In this document: piece after piece, positions 28,311-37,984 of the stretch
Layout: every line of letters starts with the position of its first letter
How positions within the stretch are numbered: the stretch's first letter is position 1
NCBI GenBank assembly: GCA_964430885.1
Contig: CAYSHM010000003.1
Location: 32,001-96,000 of the forward strand
Direction of reading: 5' to 3'
DNA: 64,000 bases
Origin: an uncultured archaeon
GTDB taxonomy: Archaea > Thermoplasmatota > Penumbrarchaeia > JASLWR01
Notes under the pieces: generated by a model
The model's input: only the letters and a program-made list of their open reading frames with translations
Told to the model about the DNA's origin: nothing
The model's database searches: none
Program-made: the position numbers and the translations under genes

Positions 28311-28520
28311 ACGGCTTTCAATATCATTATCTTAATATTTATTTTTTCCTTATCATAAATTGAAGATTACATATAATAGGTTCCGGGAAAGAACCGCTTT
28401 TATTGGGCTGAGGAAATCGCCTATTTCACTTAATTTATTCGTGAGCCGGTATTTATGAAAAAAATATATTAAAAAACAATGGCATCTTGGTAAAAAAATC
28501 CAATAAGGAAGGATGATCAA

Positions 28521-29813
28521 ATGAAAGCCATGATACTTGCTGGAGGCATAGGAAAAAGAATGTACCCAATAGAACAAACTAAATGCCTCATGAAATTTTT
28601 TGGGACCGAACTCATCAATCACAAAATCGAACTGTTGGAAGAAGCAGGGATCTCGGATCTTATCATCGTTGCCAATCCAGAGAACAAAGAGGTCATAAAA
28701 GAAGCAGTGAACTCTGATGTAAAAATAGCCATTCAGGAGAAGCCAAAAGGAATGGCGGATGCAATATTGAGCGGCGCGGAGCTTGTCGGGGACGACAGCC
28801 TCTTGATCCTGAACGCAGAGGACATGGTGGAAAGCCAAGGAATATCCGAGCTTGTACAAGGTGAAGGCGATTCAAGATTGTTGGGTTATGAGGTAAGCTC
28901 ATATTTCCCAGGCGGTTATTTCAAGCTGGATGGGGAAAGGATAACTGGTATGATCGAAAAACCAGGGCCAGGTAATGAACCATCGAATTATGTTTCGATT
29001 GGTGTATATTTCCATAGAAAATTCGGGAAATTACTGGAATATATTGAAAAAGCTTCATCATCAAAGGATGATATCTACGAAGTTGCAATGGACATGATGA
29101 TGGCAGATGGATTCGATTATAGAATTTCAAAATATTCAGGTATCTGGTATCCGTTAAAATATCCCTGGCATATCTGGGGCCTATCAGATTATTTCTTTTC
29201 CATGAGAGATAACAGCCATATTGATCCCTCTGCTAATATTCACCCCTCGGCAGTTGTTCAGGGGAAGGTTTTCATAGGAAAGAATGTTAGAATATTTGAA
29301 AACGCAGTAGTACGGGGGCCATGCTATATCGGCGATGACAGCATTATTGGAAACAATTCCCTGATATGGGGCGGAAACCACCTAGGAAAAGGTTGTGTAG
29401 TTGGTTATTCTACAGAACTCAAGAATGTTTACGCCTCTGATAATGTTTGGTTCCATCAGAACTATATCGGCGACTCGGTCATAATGGATAATTGTTCCCT
29501 CGGTGCCAAAACCGTGACGGCCAATTTCCGGTTCGACGAGAAAAACATAAGGGTCAGAGTTGGTAATTCAATGGTGGATACGGGCTGCAATAAGTTAGGG
29601 GTATTAATGGGTAGAAACTGCAGAACGGGTATTTTAGTAGGGCTTATGCCAGGAGTTCGTATCGGATCAAATTCATTTCTGGGGCCTCAGACCATGATAT
29701 CAGGGGATGTTGAACCCGGTTCATGCATTTTCCTACAGCAGAATCATCATAAACTGCCCGCAAGCTTTAATGTTAATACCGACAGGTCTGAATTGAAGAA
29801 TAAAATCGGTTGA
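28521..29813 (+). CDS. Sugar-1-phosphate nucleotidyltransferase/acetyltransferase (GlmU-like)
   Basis: MKAMILAGGIGKRMYP, IEKPG, hexapeptide beta-helix, YIGDS, TANFRFD. Confidence 0.88.
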   Translation: MKAMILAGGIGKRMYPIEQTKCLMKFFGTELINHKIELLEEAGISDLIIVANPENKEVIKEAVNSDVKIAIQEKPKGMADAILSGAELVGDDSLLILNAEDMVESQGISELVQGEGDSRLLGYEVSSYFPGGYFKLDGERITGMIEKPGPGNEPSNYVSIGVYFHRKFGKLLEYIEKASSSKDDIYEVAMDMMMADGFDYRISKYSGIWYPLKYPWHIWGLSDYFFSMRDNSHIDPSANIHPSAVVQGKVFIGKNVRIFENAVVRGPCYIGDDSIIGNNSLIWGGNHLGKGCVVGYSTELKNVYASDNVWFHQNYIGDSVIMDNCSLGAKTVTANFRFDEKNIRVRVGNSMVDTGCNKLGVLMGRNCRTGILVGLMPGVRIGSNSFLGPQTMISGDVEPGSCIFLQQNHHKLPASFNVNTDRSELKNKIG

Positions 29814-29961
29814 AGTTCACAATAAATATAAAAATTGAACATCATGGTTTTATGGAAATCAATCAAATAAATCCAAAGAACAATATATATTTGAATGCAT
29901 ATTATGTAATAAATCAGAAGGTAAATGACTATTTAGAATACTGGATTTCAGAGGTAATAAA

Positions 29962-30333
29962 ATGGTATCTTTGATGATGGAAAAATTACAGGCGCTCCTC
30001 GGAAGAGAGATCGCAGTGGTAACTATGGATGGGACAACTTTGAAAGGAATTTTAGAGAACTTCGATGATGACACTCTGATTCTTCAGGATGTAAAAGAAC
30101 TCTTTAAAAAGGAACTGAAATGGGATGTCCCAGCGGTAAGCCCGCACAGCAGTGAGGATGCAGGGTCCGATGCAGGAGCTTCATCATCTGTTGATGCTTA
30201 TGGTGTGATTGATACTTCCAAGTTGAGAAAATCCCTTAAAAGAGTTTTGATTAGGTACATCTATATTGTACAGATCTGGCCCTGGGAAATGGCAGATGCT
30301 AGGGAAGATATTGATCAGTATACTCTTCTATAA
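29962..30333 (+). CDS. Atypical Sm/LSm-fold protein
   Basis: Sm1-like IAVVTMDGTTLKGILENFDDDTLILQDV; Sm2-like VLIRYIYIVQI; long insert between them. Confidence 0.72.
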   Translation: MVSLMMEKLQALLGREIAVVTMDGTTLKGILENFDDDTLILQDVKELFKKELKWDVPAVSPHSSEDAGSDAGASSSVDAYGVIDTSKLRKSLKRVLIRYIYIVQIWPWEMADAREDIDQYTLL

Positions 30334-30421
30334 AAAAAGAAATAATTCACTCAAGTGATGATTTTCAAAAGGGTGTGGCATCAACTGTTCCACACCTGAA
30401 TTCTATTTTGCTCTTCTTTTA

Positions 30422-31006
30422 TTAGTTATATTCGAATTTATAGGTTAGATGCAGTGCCAATGCATCATCGATTACATCTCTTAATTTATTCTTTGAAACC
30501 TTACCGGCAATTTCACCAAAATAAGGTCTGACTTCCCCGTTATCATCCTCATTGAGGGTGATAATAATGAACGTGGGGGCGCCCCTCTTCCCCTGAAAAT
30601 CGTAAGAATTGAACCACTTGCCTTTTTCTGCCATTGTCATATTTGAATCCTCAAGATCCAGATACAATATATAAAAATCTGTTTCAGGCTCGTATTCTTC
30701 TTCCAATTCAAGAATAACTGGCAGCATATCATCACATGCTGGACAACCAACTTTCTGAGAAAAATCTATGAAAACTACCCTTTCCTTTAAGGAATCAATT
30801 ACCCAATCAGGGTGGGGTTCGTTACCCACAGTATCAAAGGTGAATTCAATCTCAGGTTTAGGGTTCAAACCTAAACAGGAAAGACATTTGGGAACTGAAA
30901 TCTTCTCATTATAATCAAATCCGCCTTTGGCAATACCAAATGAGAGAATAAAAATAAAGAATATTGAGATTACTATTCTAATCAGTAATTGTCCCTTTTC
31001 ATTCAT
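30422..31006 (-). CDS. Membrane-anchored thioredoxin-fold protein
   Basis: N-terminal TM, extra CLSC, FIDFSQKVGCPACDDM, GAPTFII cis-Pro loop. Confidence 0.8.
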   Translation of the reverse strand: MNEKGQLLIRIVISIFFIFILSFGIAKGGFDYNEKISVPKCLSCLGLNPKPEIEFTFDTVGNEPHPDWVIDSLKERVVFIDFSQKVGCPACDDMLPVILELEEEYEPETDFYILYLDLEDSNMTMAEKGKWFNSYDFQGKRGAPTFIIITLNEDDNGEVRPYFGEIAGKVSKNKLRDVIDDALALHLTYKFEYN

Positions 31007-31120
31007 AATTATTATCCCTCCTAGGCACTTTAATAAATTGCTTATGGATTGATTTCATCTGGATAAGTTTGCGGATATATCTAAGAGCAGTCTAAATTTA
31101 AAATGAATGGGATGGATAAG

Positions 31121-31193
31121 TGCGGGTGCCGGGATTTGAACCCGAGTAACTAGCTTGGCAAGCTAGAATGATACCAGGCTACATCACACCCGC
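31121..31193 (-). tRNA. tRNA-Gly(GCC)
   Basis: GCGGGTG/CACCCGC acceptor; CTAGC-TTGCCAA-GCTAG anticodon arm. Confidence 0.96.
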
Positions 31194-31277
31194 TTGGATT
31201 TAAAATGAAATGATATAACAATACTGTTCTGGGTCATTTTCATTTTAATACTTATATCATTTGCTGTTTTTCAATCA

Positions 31278-31562
31278 CTATCCTCTTTTTTTCATAGTGA
31301 TCTCAAGGGAGGAAACCTTCACATCCCGGCCATCCCTTGATGGCAGAACCTCGGTATTAGTTACAAGATTTGCTATAGCAATATCCTGTTCTTCAGTAAA
31401 TCTGTTCTTCACGATCTCCGCAACATCAATGGCCTTGGCAGTTAGTTTCCCTCTTGCCTTTATGACAACCTCGTTCACACCGGTATTGAATTCGGTCACG
31501 ACTGCAAGCACATAGTTCATCGTGGGCTTCTTTCCAATAAAGATTATTTGCTCGTCTGACAT
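31278..31562 (-). CDS. albA: DNA/RNA-binding protein Alba
   Basis: IFIGKKPTMNYVLAV...IKARG...AIDVAEIV...VSSLEI; ATG 31562 after GAGGTGA. Confidence 0.95.
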   Translation of the reverse strand: MSDEQIIFIGKKPTMNYVLAVVTEFNTGVNEVVIKARGKLTAKAIDVAEIVKNRFTEEQDIAIANLVTNTEVLPSRDGRDVKVSSLEITMKKRG

Positions 31563-31949
31563 ATTATCACCTCGTTTCGATCTCTCATCGTCTGCGTTTG
31601 TGTCCACTTTAATAATTATAATAATAATTCAATATGATCCGTTCTTAAGATAAGTTAGAGCCAGCGCATTCTCCGGAAACTATTCAATAACTAATGGAGT
31701 TCAATGATATTAGGTGAAATATTGACTTCAGGTATTAATGGTCAAAGGACCGTAACTGTTTTTATCATATTACTACTACTTATTACTTATGCTCAGATTT
31801 GCTTATCAGCTATTGATTTATTTTAACTATAATTCAGTTGAACTACTTTATGTTGAAAATTTAATTGATTCGAATTTGGATCGCAAATAGTCCAATCGTC
31901 ACTGTTATAATCGGCAGATTTTTTGCCAAGGATTTAATTGAGGTAATGT

Positions 31950-32618
31950 ATGAACTTAATATCACTGGAAGACAAAGCGATTGAGATGCTGACCGTATTG
32001 AAGTGTTATTACCCAGAACCAAATGTAGGTTTCCCCTACAGGGATCCTTTTAAAACACTCATAGCCACTCTTCTTTCGGCACAATCTACGGATAAACAAA
32101 CCGGACCCGCAGTGGAAAGTTTATTTGAACAATATCCGACCATTTCGGACATATCTTCGGCCGATATAAAGGATATTCAAGAGATAATAAGGTCCGTGGG
32201 ACTTTTCAGGTCTAAAGCCAAATATGTAAAACTTACCGCTCAAAAACTAGTTGAAATTTTCAAATCGAGAGTCCCAGACACTATGGAGGAACTCACAGGT
32301 CTTCCGGGTGTAGGAAGAAAGACTGCAAATTTAGTAATATCCAAGGCATTTTCTAAAAATGTTGGTATAGCAGTGGACACTCACGTATTCAGGATATCAA
32401 GGAAGCTCGGCATAGCCAAGAGCTCTATCAGAGACAATGTTGAGAAAGAATTGATGTCCATATACCCCTCGGATGATTACTTGAACATCAACACATATTT
32501 TATCAAACACGGCAGGAAGATTTGCACAGCAAGGAAACCAAAATGCGACATCTGTCCCCTGAACGAACTATGTGAATACTATAGTAAAAGTTCAAGCTGC
32601 TCTTTCAGCACCTCGTAG
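31950..32618 (+). CDS. nth: Endonuclease III
   Basis: LLSAQSTD, LPGVGRKTANLV HhH, IAVDTHV, C-terminal 4Fe-4S Cys motif CTARKPKCDICPLNELC. Confidence 0.94.
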   Translation: MNLISLEDKAIEMLTVLKCYYPEPNVGFPYRDPFKTLIATLLSAQSTDKQTGPAVESLFEQYPTISDISSADIKDIQEIIRSVGLFRSKAKYVKLTAQKLVEIFKSRVPDTMEELTGLPGVGRKTANLVISKAFSKNVGIAVDTHVFRISRKLGIAKSSIRDNVEKELMSIYPSDDYLNINTYFIKHGRKICTARKPKCDICPLNELCEYYSKSSSCSFSTS

Positions 32619-33211
32619 GAGGCCATACCTCCTCTGCCGCCATCATCCGTAGTGGTGAAATATCTGATAATGCCATCCTCATCAAGTATATATATGGTGG
32701 GGATCAATCTCACATCATAAGTGCTTGCCACAGTTGAGGTTTTTGCTGCAAAACGCCAACTGGCTCCATGGGCCTCCTTTACATTCCCTCTAATCTGCTC
32801 TGGGCTCTCAGCATCACTTACACCTAAAGATAGTATCCTGACATTGCGGTTATAATACTCTTCATTGATTCGTTTCAACTCCCCCATTTCCTGGTGACAG
32901 GGACTGCAGTAATCAGCCATGAAATCCAATATTACTATCTTCCCCTTGTAGTCACTCAGTGAGAACAGTTTACCGTCAATATCTGTCACCGTGAAATCAG
33001 GAGCCCAAAGTCCAATGTCGATACCTACATTGATATTGTCATTTCCTGATGAATCCTTGTATCGGGAAGGTGTATCCTGATCTCTATCGCTTATGACGAA
33101 ATAGACCAAACTGAACAATAGACCAAAAATAACAACCACAAATATACCATCAAATAGGTATTTTTTCGGTTTTTTCGTTGAATTAGATGACCCCTTTTTA
33201 TCTTTGGTCAA
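32579..33211 (-). CDS. TlpA/ResA-like membrane-anchored thiol-disulfide oxidoreductase
   Basis: APDFTVTDIDGK, LDFMADYCSPC, IPTIYILD; likely TTG start at 33211. Confidence 0.88.
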   Translation of the reverse strand: MTKDKKGSSNSTKKPKKYLFDGIFVVVIFGLLFSLVYFVISDRDQDTPSRYKDSSGNDNINVGIDIGLWAPDFTVTDIDGKLFSLSDYKGKIVILDFMADYCSPCHQEMGELKRINEEYYNRNVRILSLGVSDAESPEQIRGNVKEAHGASWRFAAKTSTVASTYDVRLIPTIYILDEDGIIRYFTTTDDGGRGGMASYEVLKEQLELLL

Positions 33212-33472
33212 TTCAATCCCTCTTGTAACGATAATAATAATAATATACCAACTAAACTGAAGGGTAAAGGAAATAATAGACCATAAAGATAGTCCTGATA
33301 ATATCCATTTCGGCAATAAAATCATGAATAGACTGCCGATTGTTTATACAATGATACCTCCAGGGAGACATATGCAATTCACTGATACATATCAAGCTGA
33401 TAGATGAATTGATTCTTCTAAGCATTATTTAACAAATGCCAGGGATTCGTTTCAAACTGCTTGCTCAATGGT

Positions 33473-34039
33473 TCAGCTGAAAACTGTTTCAAGCACAAAC
33501 TCAATCTCGATCTCACCTGGAATACACCCGAGTGATGAAGCGGTAATTATAGGGGTCAAGGTTTCTTCGACAGATTTAAGGGTGGTCTTGGCAACACCGT
33601 TCTTACACATTACATCCCTCTCAAAAAGAACGCCGCCTGTGGTCCTGAAGGTTATCATCCCATCAAAATGCGTCATAAGGGATCCGTTATGATCACGAAC
33701 GCTTGCGGTTATTGCACACTGGTCCTTTCCATTGGCGATGATCTCAGGTATTCCATTCCCATCCTTGTCCGCCGCATCGGTCTTGATCTGTATAAATGGT
33801 TTGGCCGGTTTCCTATCAATGGATTCAGGTTTCCCAGATTTATTGAAAATGAGATGATAGGCCCAGAGCTGATTCGCTATTGAAGCATCATTGGGAGTGA
33901 AGAAATAATTCACATCGGAGGGCGCGTTTTCAGGATATGAGCTCTGGAAAGTCGGTTCTTTTACCTTCCCCGAACTGTCGTTCATAAGCATTGATACGCC
34001 CACAATCTGTCGGGTATTCTTGTTGTAAAATATGATCAT
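33473..34039 (-). CDS. Tail-fibre-associated-like N-terminus fused to Big_1 Ig domain
   Basis: MIIFYNKNTRQIVG; ANGKDQCAITASVRD...ITFRTTGG...NGVAKTTLKS; TAGGAGGA RBS overlaps the upstream stop. Confidence 0.72.
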   Translation of the reverse strand: MIIFYNKNTRQIVGVSMLMNDSSGKVKEPTFQSSYPENAPSDVNYFFTPNDASIANQLWAYHLIFNKSGKPESIDRKPAKPFIQIKTDAADKDGNGIPEIIANGKDQCAITASVRDHNGSLMTHFDGMITFRTTGGVLFERDVMCKNGVAKTTLKSVEETLTPIITASSLGCIPGEIEIEFVLETVFS

Positions 34040-34050
34040 TTTAATTCCTC

Positions 34051-34527
34051 CTAGGCTACCCCTATGGCAATCCAATTGACAATTCCGTTCTTCTCACCAT
34101 TTCGGGACTGAGCAAATATCCTGAAGCCTTGGGATGAAATATCATGTGGATAGCAAATGATATTAGTTTTTCCTTCTGGTTCATCAACAGTCCCGCTCAA
34201 GGATAACATAACATGCGGCTTAACATCCCAGTTCAATTCGACATATCCCCCGTGGGATGCGATACCCGACGAAAGCATGGTTGAAGATTTATCACCCAAT
34301 TCCTCCATGGCATAGATTATTCCCATTATATCGTCCTTTATCTCCTCCTGCATCTCGTTCCAATCCTCGGAAAGAATTATGTCTCCAGCTTCCTTTATTC
34401 GGGGTTCAAAGTCTGAATCGACCATCCCTGGACCTGTTTTCTTCTTTTTGGAAATGGTTGCTACTTCGATCTTCTTTTCCTTGTCACCGTCGGAAATTAC
34501 TATCTTAGGGGCTTTTTTCTTGGCCAA
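34051..34527 (-). CDS. Short tail-fibre-like protein with H-type-lectin-like C-terminus
   Basis: KEAGDIILSEDWNEMQ; KPHVMLS...DISSQGFRI...VNWIAIG; TTG start, TAGGAGGA RBS. Confidence 0.7.
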   Translation of the reverse strand: MAKKKAPKIVISDGDKEKKIEVATISKKKKTGPGMVDSDFEPRIKEAGDIILSEDWNEMQEEIKDDIMGIIYAMEELGDKSSTMLSSGIASHGGYVELNWDVKPHVMLSLSGTVDEPEGKTNIICYPHDISSQGFRIFAQSRNGEKNGIVNWIAIGVA

Positions 34528-34538
34528 TCACATTCCTC

Positions 34539-35303
34539 CTAGAAAGTTATCTTCCAAATTAATGAAAGAGTCAATTTATCAGTTTTATTAATCTCTGGAA
34601 AGACCACTCTGTTGTACATGGTTCCTTCCCTCTCAGCATTGAATATACCCGCTTCGGAAATGGGAGCATTGCAATCCTCATATCCGAAGGTCGCACCCAG
34701 CGTCAGAGTTGTATCACTCCCGCTTTCCAGGGATGTTCTGGAAAGGTTTACCGGTATGGAGGATACGATTCTTTTTGCATACACAAGCTTCGAATCGGCT
34801 TCCAGTACCTTCTCCACATATTCCTTGTTTCGGGAATTCAAACTCAATTTCTTGAACTCTTCCTCCACAAATCCTTCGTCCGTCTCACCGTAAACATAGA
34901 GGTCAAAAACTTTGTCCGAAGACTTCTTAACCTCTACTGAAATAAAATTCCCCTGCTCTCCAGATAACTTGGAAATTATCTTCAGAACGTCCTTTTTTGC
35001 AGCATCCTTCAATATGAGTGAAGCGCTTTCTTCTTCTTTCAGAAAGCTTTTATCGAAGGCCCGGCGGGGGGACATCTCTTTCTCAAGACCCTTGTCTGTG
35101 GACGAGGGGGTGGCTTTCCCGGTACCAACAGCCATATGGGACATGGGTTTATCTTCTTTACCGCTGAAAAGATCAGCAACATATTTCTTGCCTGATGACA
35201 CAATCAAATTCGGACTCTTGTACTCGTTAATTATATTACCGTCCTTATCACGCAGAATGATCGCTACATTGCCTTTCATATTCTGTTTCTCATCACATAC
35301 CAT
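34539..35303 (-). CDS. Phage tail-fibre-base-like protein with sheath-like inserted domain
   Basis: NLIVSSGK...HMAVGTG...DKGLEKE; ATF...NAPISEAGIFN...YNRVVFPEINKT...LIWKITF; insert SGEQGNFISVEV...EEFKKLSLN...YVEKV. Confidence 0.72.
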   Translation of the reverse strand: MVCDEKQNMKGNVAIILRDKDGNIINEYKSPNLIVSSGKKYVADLFSGKEDKPMSHMAVGTGKATPSSTDKGLEKEMSPRRAFDKSFLKEEESASLILKDAAKKDVLKIISKLSGEQGNFISVEVKKSSDKVFDLYVYGETDEGFVEEEFKKLSLNSRNKEYVEKVLEADSKLVYAKRIVSSIPVNLSRTSLESGSDTTLTLGATFGYEDCNAPISEAGIFNAEREGTMYNRVVFPEINKTDKLTLSLIWKITF

Positions 35304-35660
35304 GGGGTCCACCTTGAAAATGATTCTATAATGCTATATTGATCCTAACACCAAACTTAAACCGTCATTATTTCTGACCAATATTCCATACTTTCTTCAT
35401 TCAATTCAGAGCCTGGGAAATTCATTCATCAAACCTATAATATATATAAAATCCAGACCCGGATAATAACTACACCGACTAGTGAATTAGTATATATGAT
35501 TTATCCTCTTTATGGTTACTTTTTAATAGAGGTACTCCGAAAAACATGATAAACAGAGGAATATAAATCTCATATGACCATTTTTAAAAAACTAGACCAT
35601 AACACCTAAAATACCTCATTGTTGACCCTATTTTATGGATCCTCATACGTCATTTTGTTT

Positions 35661-36185
35661 TCATCGAATATTGATTAAACATTTGATCCTTTCTGGCCCG
35701 TCAACAGATATAATTACTTCAGCGGTATCGGAAGGAACCATATTCATCCATTCTTCAGAAACACCCATCATTTTTCTGATTATTTCACCTTTATACTGTC
35801 CTCTTGAATAAAGATCAGGAGAATATATTGAATAATCCCTACGATGGAATAGGGTTCGGGTCAATTCTGAATTTGTAACCACAACATCGAAAGGAGGAAC
35901 GAGGTCTTCAATATGCGATACCCAGACATTATATCGGTTAATATCATCCACGCCTGTTAAAAAAATCTTGGATTGCCATTTCTCCGGCAATGATCGTTTG
36001 ATCATAAGCATCCTTTCTCCGCATGTAAAGGGATTCTTGGGTGTGAAACTTTGCCTGGAAGATCCTATGCAAATTATTAGATATTGGACATCATGAATTA
36101 TCTCTTGGATTATGGAAAAATGCCCTTTATGGAATGGTTGGAATCGGCCTATGAGCAATGCCCTCTTTCCTGCTACTTTTGTCAC
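35661..36185 (-). CDS. nadM: Nicotinamide-nucleotide adenylyltransferase
   Basis: GRFQPFHKGH, IGSS, NPFTCGER. Confidence 0.92.
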   Translation of the reverse strand: MTKVAGKRALLIGRFQPFHKGHFSIIQEIIHDVQYLIICIGSSRQSFTPKNPFTCGERMLMIKRSLPEKWQSKIFLTGVDDINRYNVWVSHIEDLVPPFDVVVTNSELTRTLFHRRDYSIYSPDLYSRGQYKGEIIRKMMGVSEEWMNMVPSDTAEVIISVDGPERIKCLINIR

Positions 36186-36236
36186 CTGTTATCCCTCTAT
36201 TTGACCCACGGTTACTTTCGAATAGCTTTAATGATC

Positions 36237-37880
36237 CTAAATATATATTGTCCCTGATGTCTTGCATACCGGGCAGGATATTTGCTGTCTATCCATGGAT
36301 TTTTTTCCTTCTCTATCGTCCTTTATTACAATATCCACTATAAGAATCTCTTTGCAGTTTCCACATACCAGAGTCCTGTTCATCCCAGATTTATTTTCCT
36401 TTGGCTCTTTTCTTTTCAGTTCCTTTGAAAATTTCCTCATAGGCGCTTTTACAATGGGCAGTACTTTTTTCCACATGGGTTCTCCGAGGGAGATTGGCCG
36501 ATACGGCTGAACAACCAAGGGAAAATCCTCTTCTGATTCTTCGGTTATACCTTCCTTCTCTCTTTTTGTCTTGATATTGATGAAGCTCACATAACGGCCC
36601 GGGGTAGATGGTTTTCCTGAAGGAGTGTGTCTTTTTCTAGAGATGACAACAGATATTATCAATGATATTATCAGAATGGAAACCACAATGATTACCAATA
36701 GAATTATAATAAGCGTTATGAGGTCTAAACCCAGAAACCAATCCTTCATTGGATTGCGTTCTTCAGGTGCTGAAATCCCTTCGGAAATGGTTAAATTCAG
36801 AATAGCCGTGCTGGCAGACCCTATCTCATCCTCCACGATCAGTTTAATCCTGTATTTCGCTGGATAATCATACTTGAATGTCGGCGTTTCAACCTCTGAG
36901 TCTATCTTATTATCCCCGTCCAGATCCCATTTATAGCTCAGTACATCCTTTGGGTCCAGATCATAGGTCCCTCGGCAGGTAAAGAAAATAACCTCATCAA
37001 CATAATAGTTGCCCATCATGGGGTCTATTATTGCCACTGGAGGATGATTAGGTATTTCGATCATTATCTTTTTTGGAAATACGTTATAATTAACATTGCC
37101 TGCAATATCCATTGGAGCTATGGACAGATACCGTATATCACCTTCCTCCATTGAGAACAGCAGCAGTACGGGTGACCCCTCGATGGGTTCATCCGTATAA
37201 GGGGTTTCATCGCTGACATCGAATACCTCTGTTTTAGTGATAAAAATATAATAACCAACTGCTTCAGGAACCTCTGTAAATGAAACATCCATATCCTCAT
37301 CGCCTTCATAGTAGGTTGTGATATTGAACGGTGATTCAGGGGGTAGAATGTCATAGTCCCCGACTATGGTGTAAGTCCTGTTAAAGGAAACCTCCATTGA
37401 TCCCATATCTATGAGCAATGTGGCATTTTCAAAATCCAATTGGCCTCCTTCCATCTCCACTGGTATTCCTTGGATAACCTCTGCAAATCCCAAAGTATCA
37501 AGATCGAATTCGGCTACTATTTTTTCGCTCTCATATTCAAAGGTATAGCTCATGGTTATATTTAGATAATCCTCTGTGGTCGAGGATATGTTGAAGAAAA
37601 ATCCCAGGGTATTATCGTCAAATGAACCCCCAGTATCAAGAGGAGAAGGGACCTCTTCAATTTTAAGAGCACTCTGTGAAGAACCATTGAAAAAAATATC
37701 AATAACAAAATCCTCACCTATCCAAGTGACCACATTCTCCAATGGAACGCTTCGTCTAGAATCGAAGGCGGTATAGCATTGACAGTGCGGACCTGTATAA
37801 GTTAAGCATAAAGAGATAAGAATTAAAAATGTGATTAAGCCCCGCGGTACAATTTGCCCCTGATAAATATTTAAGTACAC
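36237..37880 (-). CDS. Membrane protein with FN3/PKD domains and C-terminal Zn ribbon
   Basis: YKWDLDGD PKD, TM helix, terminal CGNC...CPVC. Confidence 0.8.
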   Translation of the reverse strand: MYLNIYQGQIVPRGLITFLILISLCLTYTGPHCQCYTAFDSRRSVPLENVVTWIGEDFVIDIFFNGSSQSALKIEEVPSPLDTGGSFDDNTLGFFFNISSTTEDYLNITMSYTFEYESEKIVAEFDLDTLGFAEVIQGIPVEMEGGQLDFENATLLIDMGSMEVSFNRTYTIVGDYDILPPESPFNITTYYEGDEDMDVSFTEVPEAVGYYIFITKTEVFDVSDETPYTDEPIEGSPVLLLFSMEEGDIRYLSIAPMDIAGNVNYNVFPKKIMIEIPNHPPVAIIDPMMGNYYVDEVIFFTCRGTYDLDPKDVLSYKWDLDGDNKIDSEVETPTFKYDYPAKYRIKLIVEDEIGSASTAILNLTISEGISAPEERNPMKDWFLGLDLITLIIILLVIIVVSILIISLIISVVISRKRHTPSGKPSTPGRYVSFINIKTKREKEGITEESEEDFPLVVQPYRPISLGEPMWKKVLPIVKAPMRKFSKELKRKEPKENKSGMNRTLVCGNCKEILIVDIVIKDDREGKKSMDRQQISCPVCKTSGTIYI

Positions 37881-37984
37881 TGGAACTACCTCTTATTGAA
37901 TTAGCATCATTTCCAATAGGAATTCGCGAAGTTATTCCTACTGCGTCATATATCCCCTGAATCTCCGAAATGGTCATCTGCTCT

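Noticed and set aside
28353-28859. 168-aa minus-strand ORF
   Set aside because: Overlaps the nucleotidyltransferase antisense and has non-protein-like composition.
33473-35303. Prophage
   Set aside because: No integrase, capsid, portal, terminase or att repeats; flanks are ordinary chromosomal genes.
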